Source: Acidobacteria bacterium bin61 | GTDB lineage: Bacteria > Acidobacteriota > Vicinamibacteria > Marinacidobacterales > SMYC01 | Assembly (NCBI GenBank): GCA_963578475.1 | Contig: CAUZCL010000005.1 | Location: 60,530-124,529, forward strand | Direction: 5' to 3' | DNA length: 64,000 nucleotides | In this document: positions 19,664 to 29,736 of the stretch, piece by piece | Layout: each line of letters begins with the position of its first letter | Numbering within the stretch: position 1 is the stretch's first letter | Made by a program: the position numbers and the translations under genes | Notes under the pieces: model-generated | Seen by the model: the letters and a program-made list of their open reading frames with translations, nothing else | What the model was told of the DNA's origin: nothing | Database searches by the model: none

Positions 19664-21715
19664 ATGCCCACACCGCCGGTCGCAGAAAAAAAGGCTCACA
19701 TGTTAGAAGCTCATGGCGACGAGCGTGAGGACCCGTATTTCTGGCTCAACGATCGAGAGGATCCCGAGGTCATCACCTATCTCGAAGCGGAGAACGCCTA
19801 CACTAAAGAGGTGATGGCGCCGACCGAGGCCCTGCAAGAGGATCTTTTCGAAGAGATCAAAAAGCGTCTCGAGCCCAACGAGAGCTCCGTTCCGTACCGG
19901 AAAGACGACTACTACTATTACCATCGCTTCGAGGAAGGGAACGAATACGCGGTCCACTGTCGCAAACGCGAATCCCTCGAAGCGTCGGAAGAGATTCTCG
20001 TCGACGGGAACGTGCTCGCCGAAGGCCACGAATTCTTCGCACTGAGCTTGTCACTCTCAGGACTGAGCACCAACCAGAATCTTCTGGCCTACGCCATTGA
20101 CACACGAGGCCGCCGCATCTATGACGTCTATTTCAAGAATCTCGAGACGGGAGAGCTACTCGAAGACGTCCTGAATGACGTCACCGGAAACGTTGCTTGG
20201 GCCAACGACAACGAAACCGTCTTCTATTCCAAGCAACACAGCGAGACGCTGCGCTCCTATCAGATTTATCGCCACCGTCTCGGCGACCACCCGGCGGACG
20301 ACGTGCTCGTCTTCGAGGAGGCCGACGAGACCTTCGACGTTTCCGTTTTCAAGACCAAGTCCAAGCACTTTATCTTGATTGCCTCGCAGCAGACACTCTC
20401 GAGCGAGTATCGATACATCGGCGCCGATGAGCCAGGCGAAAGCTTCCAGGTCCTTCAAGAGCGCGAGCGCAAGCACGAATATGACGCGAGCCACTTCGAA
20501 GGCCACTTCTACATTCTGACGAACTGGGACGCACTGAACTTTCGGCTGATGAAAACGCTCGTCGACACGCCCGGGAAGGACAACTGGGAAGAGGTCATCC
20601 CTCATCGTGAGGACGTGCTGCTCGAGACCCTCACGATCTTCCAAAACTACCTCGTGCTCGTCGAAAGGCATGAGGGTCTCCGCGAGATCCGCGTCATCCC
20701 GTGGGACGGCTCCGACGAGCACTATTTAAAATTCGACGAGCCGGCCTATTACGCCTATCTAACAGCCAACGTCGAGCTCGACACGACCGTGCTGCGCTTC
20801 GGCTATACCTCCATGACCACACCGCGCTCAACCTTCGACTACGACATGGGGTCGAAAGAGCGCACGCTTCTGAAACAGACCAAAGTGCTCGGCGATTTCG
20901 ATCAGAGTGCCTATGTCTCCGAGCGCTTGATGGCCAAAGCGGCAGATGGTACCGCCGTACCCATCTCGCTCGTGTATCGAAGAGACACCAAGCTCGAAGG
21001 CTCCCCGCCACTTCTGCTCTACGGCTACGGCTCCTACGCCATCACCATGGAGGCCACGTTCTCGGCGCCACGGGTGAGCCTTCTCGACCGCGGCTTCGTC
21101 TACGCCATCGCTCATATCCGCGGCGGCGAGGAGATGGGCCGGGCGTGGTACGACCACGGCAAGCTCCTCGAGAAGAAAAACACGTTCACGGATTTCATCG
21201 CTTGCGGCCATCACCTCATCGCGAAGGGTTACGCCGATTCTGAGAGGCTCTACGCGTGGGGCGGAAGCGCCGGGGGCCTCCTGATAGGCGCGGTCATCAA
21301 TATGCGGCCGGATCTCTTCTCTGGCGTGGTCGCCGAGGTGCCGTTCGTCGATGTGGTAACGACGATGCTCGATGACAGCATTCCGCTCACGACCGGAGAA
21401 TATGACGAGTGGGGCAACCCCAACGACAAGGAGTATTACGACTACATCCTGTCCTACTCGCCCTATGACAATATCGAGGCGAAGGCCTACCCGCATCTGC
21501 TCGTCATGACGGGCCTCCATGATTCGCAGGTTCAGTACTGGGAGCCTGCGAAGTGGGTGGCGAGACTCCGCGCGACGAAAACAGATGACCGTCGGCTGCT
21601 CTTGAAAACCAATATGGGCGCCGGTCACGGGGGGGCGTCCGGCCGTTTCAAACGCCACCGCGAAACGGCGCTCGTTTACGCATTCTTGCTACAACTATCC
21701 CAGGGGGAGATATGA
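19664..21715 (+). CDS. ptrB: Oligopeptidase B (S9A prolyl oligopeptidase family, protease II)
   Basis: N-terminus HGDEREDPYFWLNDREDPEVITYLEAENAYT matches the PtrB signature. Catalytic GGSAGG, Asp and His in the C-terminal domain. Starts immediately after the upstream stop. Confidence 0.85.
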   Translation: MPTPPVAEKKAHMLEAHGDEREDPYFWLNDREDPEVITYLEAENAYTKEVMAPTEALQEDLFEEIKKRLEPNESSVPYRKDDYYYYHRFEEGNEYAVHCRKRESLEASEEILVDGNVLAEGHEFFALSLSLSGLSTNQNLLAYAIDTRGRRIYDVYFKNLETGELLEDVLNDVTGNVAWANDNETVFYSKQHSETLRSYQIYRHRLGDHPADDVLVFEEADETFDVSVFKTKSKHFILIASQQTLSSEYRYIGADEPGESFQVLQERERKHEYDASHFEGHFYILTNWDALNFRLMKTLVDTPGKDNWEEVIPHREDVLLETLTIFQNYLVLVERHEGLREIRVIPWDGSDEHYLKFDEPAYYAYLTANVELDTTVLRFGYTSMTTPRSTFDYDMGSKERTLLKQTKVLGDFDQSAYVSERLMAKAADGTAVPISLVYRRDTKLEGSPPLLLYGYGSYAITMEATFSAPRVSLLDRGFVYAIAHIRGGEEMGRAWYDHGKLLEKKNTFTDFIACGHHLIAKGYADSERLYAWGGSAGGLLIGAVINMRPDLFSGVVAEVPFVDVVTTMLDDSIPLTTGEYDEWGNPNDKEYYDYILSYSPYDNIEAKAYPHLLVMTGLHDSQVQYWEPAKWVARLRATKTDDRRLLLKTNMGAGHGGASGRFKRHRETALVYAFLLQLSQGEI

Positions 21716-23199
21716 GCTTTGCATTTTTGGGGCTGCTCCTGCTCGCTTCGACCATGCCCGTCGTGGGCGAAGCCGAGCTCGATAACGGCCTTCGCATCCT
21801 CGTGCTCGAGGACCATTCGCAGCCTCGGGTCGCATGCAAGATCCTCACGCGCTTCGGAGCGATAGTGGAAGAGCCAGGACGCTTCGGGAGCGCCCATTTT
21901 CTCGAGCATCTGATGTTCAAGGGTACCGCCACCATCGGCACCCATGACTGGGAAGCCGAAAAGCCTATCCTCGACGAGATCCTCGAGCTCGAGCGCGACA
22001 TCATTCAGGAGCGGAACCGCGCTCGGAGTGAGATGCGTGAGCGGGGTGTTTATCACGACTTCAAGCACGCCGAGACGACGCCCGAGCTCGAGCACTTGAT
22101 GAGCATCCTGCACGAGAAAATCATCGAGGACGAGCGCTATGTCGACACCGAAGAGAGCAACAGCTACTACCAGCGCACGGGCGGTACGCGCCTGACGGCC
22201 CAAACCGAGCAGGAATATATGAAGTTCGACATCAACTTGCCGTCGGAGAAGCTCGAGATGTTCTTCCGCATCGAGGCCGACCGCATGGTCAACAGCCGCT
22301 GGCGCCGATTCGACTCCGAAGTCGGCATCCTCTGGGAGCAACGGCTCGGCGATTTGAACCGGGCCGACACAGTCTTCAAAGAAGCCGTGGCCTCCGCGAG
22401 CGGCGTCGTCTCGCCGGTCTATTGGAACGAAGGCTACGAGACGGACTTCCCGATTCTGGAGCGCAACTACACACGTCGGCTCTACGAGACCTGGTTCGTC
22501 CCCAACAACACGATCGTCGTGCTCGTCGGCGACACCACGCTCGAGGAAGCCGAGCGGCTCACCAAGAAATATTTCGACCGCATCCCGCGCAGCGAGGAGA
22601 CGCACGACACGTTCGCGGTCGAGCCGCGCCCGGACCACTATGTGCGCGTCGAGATGCAGACGCCCCATTTCGGGCCGGCCCTCGACATCCGTCACCGCAT
22701 CCCCGGTGTCGGTCATCCCGACCGCCCGGCTGTCGAGCTGCTCGGCGAGATCCTCGGCGACCCGCGCGGCCCCATTGGCGCGGCCACGGTCGGTGAAGGC
22801 CTCGCGACGAGCCTCGCCTCCAACACCGTCGTGACCCACACGAACCGCTTCAGCTTCCCCGCCACGCTCAACGTCGTCGCGCATGGAAGTAACCTCGAAG
22901 CCTTGGAGCCGGCCATCATCACCACCATGGAGAGTCTGAGAACCGAGCGGGTTACAGACGATGTCATCCGTGCCGCGAAGAAGCGCCGACGCGCTTATTG
23001 GGAGCGCCGCCGTCTGAACTGGGACGACGTCGCCTTCGACATGGGGCACTATGCGATCATGGATAGCTGGCAGACGCTCTTTCGCGAAATGGACGCGCTT
23101 CAAGAAGTGACGGCAGACGAGTTACTGGCGACCGCGAAGAAATATCTCACAAAGACGAACCGCATCGTCGGCGTCGCCACGCGGGAGCCGGTGCAATGA
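21712..23199 (+). CDS. M16 (pitrilysin/insulinase) family zinc peptidase, catalytic subunit
   Basis: Inverted zincin motif HFLEHLMFKGT (HxxEH) plus downstream Glu. N-terminal signal-like segment. Overlaps the upstream stop (ATGA). Confidence 0.8.
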   Translation: MSFAFLGLLLLASTMPVVGEAELDNGLRILVLEDHSQPRVACKILTRFGAIVEEPGRFGSAHFLEHLMFKGTATIGTHDWEAEKPILDEILELERDIIQERNRARSEMRERGVYHDFKHAETTPELEHLMSILHEKIIEDERYVDTEESNSYYQRTGGTRLTAQTEQEYMKFDINLPSEKLEMFFRIEADRMVNSRWRRFDSEVGILWEQRLGDLNRADTVFKEAVASASGVVSPVYWNEGYETDFPILERNYTRRLYETWFVPNNTIVVLVGDTTLEEAERLTKKYFDRIPRSEETHDTFAVEPRPDHYVRVEMQTPHFGPALDIRHRIPGVGHPDRPAVELLGEILGDPRGPIGAATVGEGLATSLASNTVVTHTNRFSFPATLNVVAHGSNLEALEPAIITTMESLRTERVTDDVIRAAKKRRRAYWERRRLNWDDVAFDMGHYAIMDSWQTLFREMDALQEVTADELLATAKKYLTKTNRIVGVATREPVQ

Positions 23200-24680
23200 G
23201 CGGCGGCATCTTGTTGCTCGCTGTAGGTGTCAGTCTTGCTGTGGGAAGCGCCCACGCGCAACGCGATCCGATCCCCTTCGACCCGCCCGAAGCCATCGAG
23301 CTCGACGACAGCCGATTTGTTCTGCCTGCCCCGGACGACTACCGCGTCGAGCTCGACGAAGGCCTCGTCGCTTTCATCGCTCTAGACCCGAACACAGCGA
23401 CCGTAGAGCTCACGGCGCTCATCGGCGCGAGCCGCCTCGATGATCCCGAAGGCAAAGCCGGGCTTGTCGCCGCTGTGGCCTACGGGATGTGCCAGGTCGA
23501 AGGGCTTGGCGACCATCTCTATGCCATGGACGCGCGCTTGTCGGTCACGACGGATAACGAGCAGACCCGACTCCACCTGTCATTGCTAACGGAAGACCTC
23601 GACGAGGGTATCGCTCTCTTCGCCGAGATGCTCAAGCGCCCAAAGCTCGACGAAGCGACCCTCGATGACTATCGACGCGCCGCCGTCCGGCCACTGTGGA
23701 ACCCGGACGACCCGCGCAAGCGCCCCGAATACGAGCTTCCGAAGCTCCTCTACGGTAATCACCCGGCGGGACGCGTACCCAAGGAAGCCAGTGTCGCCGC
23801 CATCACCGTCTCAAACCTCCAGAGCTTTCACACGCAGTATTACGTTCCCAATAATGTTGTTCTCGCCGTCTCCGGCGGTATCGAGCGCGAGCCGGCGACG
23901 GCGGCTTTACGCGATGCTCTGTTTCCATGGAAGCGCGGCCGCGTCCGCCACGCCGACGTTCCGGAGATTCCGAAAGCCACCCCCCGCAAAATTCACGTCT
24001 GGAAGGTCGAGCGCCTCCAGGGCTGGATGCTCGTCGGACATCTCGGCCGTCAAGGCCGCGAGGACGAGCACGCGGCCCTAGAGGTCGCGAACTACATCCT
24101 GGGAGGCAACGGCGCCATCTGGAAGCGCGTCCATCCCGAGATCGCTCCCGCACGCGCGCAGGGTCATTTCGACGCGAGGTTTTTCGTCGAAAGCCGAGGC
24201 AAGCGCGGCCTCTCGAACGACATCTCGTCCTACGTGCCCGTGGGCTTCCGCGCACCAGCACTCACCTACGCGGTCACCTTGGGCCGACCGGAATCTATCG
24301 CCTTTCTACTGAAGATCATCGACGACGAGTGGCGCAAGATCGGCGAAGACGTGGAAGGTGGCGACATCGAGATCGCCAAAGGCGCTCTTACCCAAGGCTA
24401 CTTCCAAATGCGATATGCAGGCGCGCACGCGACCGCGCTCAGCTTCGCCGAAGAGCTCTTCTTCGAAGGCGGCCACGACTGGAGCGAGGGTTACATCGAG
24501 CGCATCCGCGCGGTGACGAAAGTAGAGGTTCTTGCCGCCGCTCGGAAGTACTACCGCCCCGAAGACCTCGTGGCGGTCCTCGTCGGACCACTCGACCAGA
24601 TCCAAAGCTCGGAGCACCCACTCTACAAAGCGAAGCTCGAAGATTTCGGCGAGATCATCGTGCACGGGTGGAACGAATAA
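23196..24680 (+). CDS. M16 family protein lacking HxxEH (non-catalytic partner subunit)
   Basis: M16 domain architecture with signal peptide MSGGILLLAVGVSLAVGSAHA. No HxxEH. Overlaps the upstream gene by 4 nt. TAA stop. Confidence 0.7.
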   Translation: MSGGILLLAVGVSLAVGSAHAQRDPIPFDPPEAIELDDSRFVLPAPDDYRVELDEGLVAFIALDPNTATVELTALIGASRLDDPEGKAGLVAAVAYGMCQVEGLGDHLYAMDARLSVTTDNEQTRLHLSLLTEDLDEGIALFAEMLKRPKLDEATLDDYRRAAVRPLWNPDDPRKRPEYELPKLLYGNHPAGRVPKEASVAAITVSNLQSFHTQYYVPNNVVLAVSGGIEREPATAALRDALFPWKRGRVRHADVPEIPKATPRKIHVWKVERLQGWMLVGHLGRQGREDEHAALEVANYILGGNGAIWKRVHPEIAPARAQGHFDARFFVESRGKRGLSNDISSYVPVGFRAPALTYAVTLGRPESIAFLLKIIDDEWRKIGEDVEGGDIEIAKGALTQGYFQMRYAGAHATALSFAEELFFEGGHDWSEGYIERIRAVTKVEVLAAARKYYRPEDLVAVLVGPLDQIQSSEHPLYKAKLEDFGEIIVHGWNE

Positions 24681-24863
24681 TCAACTTGTTCAGTGTTCTT
24701 CAATCACGCTGTGACGCATTCATCGTGATCCAACAGTGGTTCGATGAGCTCGGACGCGTCGTGCCGTGGGATCATGGATCTGGGCAAAGCGATCGACGGA
24801 TCAGTCCGGGTGGGCCAGCGTCTCACGGAGATTCAGCGATAGCCACTCTCGAGGAGAAGTTTC

Positions 24864-25691
24864 ATGCACTCTGCTTTGATTTCGACCGACGTCATCCAAA
24901 CGAAGCTCGACCGTGACGACTGGGCCATCGTCGACACGCGCTTTTACTTGCCCGAGACCGAAAGGGGCAAGGCCGAGCATCTGGAGGCGCACATTCCCGG
25001 CGCCGTCTACGCTCACCTCTACGACGATCTGGCCGCCCCTCGAACCGGCAGTAACGGCCGCCATCCTATGCCCAGCCTCGGGCACATGGTCGACCGATTC
25101 TCGCAATGGGGTATCGACGAGAACGTTCAAGTTGTCGTCTACGACAACGCGGGCGGCCAATTCGCCTCGAGGCTCTGGTGGATGTTGCGCTACCTCGGTC
25201 ACGAAGCGGTGGCCGTTCTCGATGGCAGCTTTTCTTCCTACGACGGCGAACTTCGAGGCGGACCCGAGAGCCGCGCGCCGCGCAGATTCACACCGAGAAC
25301 CCGCGAAGCGATGCGGATAGATGTCGAGGCGCTCGCGCCGCATCTCGACGACTACCTATTGATCGACGCCCGCGCAGGCGAGAGATTCCGCGGCGAGACA
25401 GAGCCACTCGATCCCGTAGCGGGTCACATCCCTGGCGCCCACAATTTGCCCTCGGGAGCGAATCTGGATGACCACGGGCGATTCTTGTCACCTACAGCAC
25501 TGCGTCAACGCTTCGAGTCCGTCATCGGTGAGCGTGACATGTCGGATGTCGTATGTTATTGCGGCTCGGGCATCACGGCATGTCACAACCTTCTCGCCAT
25601 GGAGGTTGCGGCCATCCGAGGCGCGCGACTCTACCCAGGGTCTTGGTCGGAATGGTGCGCCGACGACACCCGAGCTGTCGAGACCGGCTAG
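24864..25691 (+). CDS. sseA: 3-mercaptopyruvate/thiosulfate sulfurtransferase (tandem rhodanese domains)
   Basis: Two rhodanese domains; active-site loop CYCGSGITACH with catalytic Cys. GGAG RBS. Confidence 0.8.
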   Translation: MHSALISTDVIQTKLDRDDWAIVDTRFYLPETERGKAEHLEAHIPGAVYAHLYDDLAAPRTGSNGRHPMPSLGHMVDRFSQWGIDENVQVVVYDNAGGQFASRLWWMLRYLGHEAVAVLDGSFSSYDGELRGGPESRAPRRFTPRTREAMRIDVEALAPHLDDYLLIDARAGERFRGETEPLDPVAGHIPGAHNLPSGANLDDHGRFLSPTALRQRFESVIGERDMSDVVCYCGSGITACHNLLAMEVAAIRGARLYPGSWSEWCADDTRAVETG

Positions 25692-25759
25692 TCCCGCCGC
25701 ATGTTGGGTCGGATTGTTTTGCCAACGCCGTGACGGAGCTACGGCACGGGTCCTTGTGA

Positions 25760-26032
25760 ATGGAATCCTTCTGGCAAGACCTTAGATACGGCATCCGAAG
25801 CCTTCTGAAGACGCCTCGCCTCACGGGGTTGGTGCTGCTCTTGATGGCGCTGGGCACGGGCCTCACCGTCACCGTCTTCACTTTTCTCAACGCTCGATCC
25901 CGCCCTGTGGGTGCCATGGGTTTTCGCGCCCGAGGAGCGCGCCAATCGACAAACGCATGTCTTCTCGCTAGCTACTTGCCCGCGCGGCAGGCAGGTAGGA
26001 TCCAGCCGTCGGTGGCACTTCGACACGAGTAG
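25760..26032 (+). pseudogene. Remnant of an ADOP/MacB-like FtsX permease: N-terminal about 45 aa joined directly to the C-terminal about 20 aa (internal deletion)
   Basis: MESFWQDLRYGIRSLLKTPRLTGLVLLLMALGTGLTVTVFTF matches the conserved permease N-terminus and ...ASYLPARQAGRIQPSVALRHE* matches the conserved C-terminus. Only 90 aa in between versus roughly 800 aa expected. Confidence 0.55.
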
Positions 26033-26883
26033 CCGTCTGGCCGCCCGTATCGGAAGGCGACTTTCTTGCCCCCCTGCTGTTGTGCCGGCCACTTGGGGCG
26101 AGCCCGGCCTTTATGGAATGGCAGCGCCTCAGTTGCAACGCAACACGGCGATGGGTCCATGCGCGTCGCGCGCCGCGCCGGGACGTAGCAGGCCACGATC
26201 GCTACCGCCGCCAGCAAAAGCGGCATGCCGACAAAGGTCACCGGGTCGGTAGCGCTCACGCCGAACAGCAAGGTGGAAAGTACTTCGGTGGCGAACAACG
26301 CACTCGGGACGCCAATGACGATGCCCACGAGAATGAGACGCAGGCCCTGACTAATTACGAGTCCGAAGATTTCAGCGGCCGGCGCGCCGAGGGCCATCCG
26401 AATGCCGAGCTCGCGCGCTCGCTGGCTGACCGTGTAGCTGATGAGACCATAGAGAGCGATCGAGGCAAGGAGCAAAGCGACGACACCAAAGATCGAGCCG
26501 AGAATCAATGTGAATCTCCGCTCGGCCATAGCTTGCGACACGTAGTCCGTCATGGGAAGTAACGCGTGAACGGGAAGGTCCTCATCGATAGAGTGCACGG
26601 CGTCTCGGACGACGCTCGCAAGAGCCGAGGGCTCGCCTTCGGTGCGGATAACAATGTCCATGCTGCGGTTGAATCGTTGTCGGCAAGGGAGGTGCACCTA
26701 CTCGATTCCTGCCCGCGACAGATCTCTGAAATGAACGTGCTCCACGACCCCGACGACTTCGGTCCATTCGCGCCGAACGCCCTCCGGTCCGAACACCGGC
26801 AGCATCAATCTTTGCCCGACAGCGTCCTGGCATGGCCACGCGCTACTCGCGAGTACCTCGCGTGTGGTGGGAGATGTCGTCAT
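25972..26883 (-). pseudogene. C-terminal fragment of a second ADOP/MacB-like FtsX permease with an in-frame TAG (26698-26700) and 5' truncation
   Basis: ORFs 26698..26883 (GQRLMLPVFGPEG...WTEVVGVVEHV) and 25972..26697 (IVIRTEGEPSALASVVRD ... LYGLISYTVSQRARELGIRMALGA ... YVPARRATRMDP) are in the same frame, separated only by TAG. No N-terminal half is present. Confidence 0.6.
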
Positions 26884-26938
26884 CCAGGACCCAGACTTTG
26901 TGCTCGTCGTTGCTCATTCGCGTCGTCTCGGGGGAGCC

Positions 26939-27130
26939 TCACTTCTCTTTGGCGCGGCCAAACTCGGTCTCGCTCATCGGCTTGTCATAATCCGGCTGCC
27001 AGACGCCTTCACCGTCCGCGATTTTCCCTATCGCCCGGGCCATCTCCCGGACGTGCACGGCCACGGAGCCACAGCAGCTTCCGATGTAGTCGACGCCGAG
27101 CTCTTTGGCCTTCCGGGCGAACTCCCCCAT
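26939..27130 (-). pseudogene. Orphan C-terminal fragment of a homocysteine S-methyltransferase domain
   Basis: KELGVDYIGSCCGSVAVHVREMARAI resembles the conserved GGCCGTTPEHI end of Hcy-binding methyltransferase domains. Only 63 aa; no upstream domain. Confidence 0.5.
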
Positions 27131-27375
27131 CTCGTAGCGCGTCAGTTGAAGCGGATCGAGCTCGTGCGGAAAAGCCGGCGAGGATCATCCCCGAGGCTGT
27201 CCGCGTATCGACTGGCCACCGAAAGGCCCGCATCACGTCTTTGACATGTGCGTTGGCTCTCGATCAGAAGCTCCAGGCAGAAACTGGATGGCCATCATAC
27301 GGCCTCCCGCGACGCAGTGTCATCCGACTGCAAGGTTGCATGACCGGGATGTCAAGAGTGCTATCCTGACGGGCC

Positions 27376-29166
27376 ATGGTGATGCTTCTTTGGCTCGTGC
27401 TCGCGCAAAGTGTCGAGATCGAACCGTTGGGCGACTTCGCGCTTCCTTATCGCGCCGATTACGTCGGCTCGGAGCGCTGCGGCGCATGCCACCAGGATCT
27501 CGTCGAGCAAGGAAAGACCCACCACATGGCCCAGACCGGGCGTCCCGCGAATGCAAGCGACCCGCTTTTTTCGACCGCGTCGGGCGAGGGCGCCCAGACC
27601 ATTCCACGCGCCGAGGACGTTTCCGCAATCCTCGGCTCGGGAAAGCACGGTGTCACCCCGATCCGAGCCGCTCCCGGACGCGCCATCCGCGAGCACTTGC
27701 TGTCTTACTCGGCCGTTCTCGGAAGCTGGTTCCGCACACCGGGCACGGAAGACACCGACGACCCTCTCGGGAGCCCCCAGACAGTCGAGGGGTCACGTGC
27801 CTGCCTCGGCTGTCACGCGACCACGATCGCATGGAAAGACAATGTCCTAGTCGCGTCGCAGTCCGAGCTCGGGATTCAATGCCAGCGATGCCACGGCCCC
27901 GGAAGCGCGCATATCGACGCTGTTGCCGGCGACTCGCCGGAAGCAACCAAGATATTCAACCCCGGCGTTCTGACGAGGCACGGACAGGTACGTTTTTGCG
28001 CGCAGTGCCACCGCCAACCCATCGACATCGAGCCGCTCGAGGTGCTTGGGCGCGACAAAAAGCTCGCGCGTCACGCGGGGGCGGGACTAATGATGAGCGC
28101 ATGTTTTCGCTCGTCGCCGCGGGATCGTACGCTGACCTGCACCGACTGCCACAGTCCGCATAGAAACACCACTGCCGCCGATCACGTCCAATATCGTGAA
28201 ACGTGCTTGCGTTGCCACACCGAGCCCGGTCCCGCGCACGAGTACGAGCGGGTCACACCGTCTTCGGACTGCATCGGCTGCCACATGCCGAAAGAGTCGG
28301 AGGGTTTCTACGGCATGACGTTCACCGATCATTGGATTCGGGTGCCGGGTCGCGCCTCGCGTCAACGTGACGACCTGGACTACCTCGAGCTTCTCTATCG
28401 CAACGAGTGGGAGATCGACGGGATCGGCGAAGAAAGGCGCTCTCGCCTCGCACTTGGGCTCGCAGAAATCTTCTTTGGGCTCGGGCGGGGCGAGGACGCA
28501 TTCCAGTGGGTACGCGAGAGCTTGAGCCACGCCCCCGAAACGCAGCATCGACTCAAAGCGGCCGCAATGTTCCGGGAAGGCGGCGCGCTCGACGAGGCAG
28601 AAGCCATTCTGCACGAAGCACTTGGCCTCGACGCCAATCTGTTGCGCGCCCATTTCGATCTCGGAGAGATCGCTGCGGAGCGCGGTGCGTATGAAGAAGC
28701 GACGGCCCACTACGAGCGGGCCCTGGCTATCAGAAACGATTTCGCCGAAGGCCATACTGCTCTGGGAGCTGCGCTGCGGCACCAGCATCGTTTGACGGAA
28801 GCGCTCGAGCATTATCGCGCGGCCTTCAACCTGGCACCGGAAAACTCGCCTGATGACTGGATGGTGCTCGACGGCCTCGCCTGGGTCCTCGCGACACACC
28901 CCGAGCCCGCGTTGAGAGATCCCGAGGAGGCTTTGCGACTCGCCGAGCGAGCGGCGACGGTTACCGACTACAACAACCCGATCGTGCTCGATACGCTCGC
29001 GGCCGCCTATGCTGCGACAGGAGACCTAGTGACGGCACGAAACGCCGTCCAGCGAGCGATCGAGATCGCGGAAAAAGCTGGAGTCAGCGAGCTGGTCGCG
29101 GTTTTCCACGAGCGGCTCGCGGTCTACGAGAGCGGAGCGGCCTTCGTGGCACCGCCCCCGCGCTAG
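27376..29166 (+). CDS. Multiheme cytochrome c (7 CxxCH) fused to a C-terminal TPR-repeat domain
   Basis: CGACH, CLGCH, CQRCH, CAQCH, CTDCH, CLRCH, CIGCH in the N-terminal roughly 330 aa. C-terminal roughly 250 aa forms TPR-like helical repeats. Confidence 0.8.
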   Translation: MVMLLWLVLAQSVEIEPLGDFALPYRADYVGSERCGACHQDLVEQGKTHHMAQTGRPANASDPLFSTASGEGAQTIPRAEDVSAILGSGKHGVTPIRAAPGRAIREHLLSYSAVLGSWFRTPGTEDTDDPLGSPQTVEGSRACLGCHATTIAWKDNVLVASQSELGIQCQRCHGPGSAHIDAVAGDSPEATKIFNPGVLTRHGQVRFCAQCHRQPIDIEPLEVLGRDKKLARHAGAGLMMSACFRSSPRDRTLTCTDCHSPHRNTTAADHVQYRETCLRCHTEPGPAHEYERVTPSSDCIGCHMPKESEGFYGMTFTDHWIRVPGRASRQRDDLDYLELLYRNEWEIDGIGEERRSRLALGLAEIFFGLGRGEDAFQWVRESLSHAPETQHRLKAAAMFREGGALDEAEAILHEALGLDANLLRAHFDLGEIAAERGAYEEATAHYERALAIRNDFAEGHTALGAALRHQHRLTEALEHYRAAFNLAPENSPDDWMVLDGLAWVLATHPEPALRDPEEALRLAERAATVTDYNNPIVLDTLAAAYAATGDLVTARNAVQRAIEIAEKAGVSELVAVFHERLAVYESGAAFVAPPPR

Positions 29167-29176
29167 AGGAGTCCCG

Positions 29177-29701
29177 TCAGCTCGAGACGAGATTCCAGTA
29201 GTTCTCCTTGCAGTACTCTTCGAGCTGCTTCGCAAGGTGCGACGCGGCACCCTTCATGCTGCCGCCGCGCTCGCGCTCGTCGGCACCCATGAACATCTGC
29301 TGAGCGCCACTCGGTAGGGTGACCAGGGTCTGGATGCGATGCCGTTCGGTGATCCAATTGTTGTCGTAGTAGTTCTTCCCGGTGCCCCTGTCGTTGACCC
29401 GCATGTCGAGCTCCCGGCGGTGCTGCTCGTGAACGGCATGCGTCAGGACCTCGACGAGCATGTCCGCGCTTTCCCGGTCGTCGACGACCTTGAGCCACTT
29501 CTTCTTTTTGGCGATGCGTTTCGCCACTTCTTTGGTCACCTTGGGCATGTTAACTTCGTCGTTGGCCAACCCTTCCGTAAAAACGTAAACCATGAACGGT
29601 TGGTCTGGTTTCTTGGGTGGCTTCCGTTGCTCCTGGGCGAAGCTAGTAGCCGCGAAATAAGCACCCCCACAAATAATAGCGATTAGGACTCGTCGATGCA
29701 T
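29177..29701 (-). CDS. Secreted hypothetical protein
   Basis: Signal peptide MHRRVLIAIICGGAYFAATSFAQE, lysine-rich, no known motif. Last gene of the minus-strand TPR–GWxTD operon. Confidence 0.4.
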   Translation of the reverse strand: MHRRVLIAIICGGAYFAATSFAQEQRKPPKKPDQPFMVYVFTEGLANDEVNMPKVTKEVAKRIAKKKKWLKVVDDRESADMLVEVLTHAVHEQHRRELDMRVNDRGTGKNYYDNNWITERHRIQTLVTLPSGAQQMFMGADERERGGSMKGAASHLAKQLEEYCKENYWNLVSS

Positions 29702-29736
29702 CGAGTGCCTCCTTTTCCGTGTCGGCGGAGATTCGG

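Noticed and set aside
26698-26700. In-frame TAG in the ADOP permease fragment as a pyrrolysine codon
   Set aside because: Pyl is restricted to methylamine methyltransferase contexts with pylTSBCD. The permease is also 5'-truncated and sits among other gene remnants, so a nonsense lesion is far more likely.
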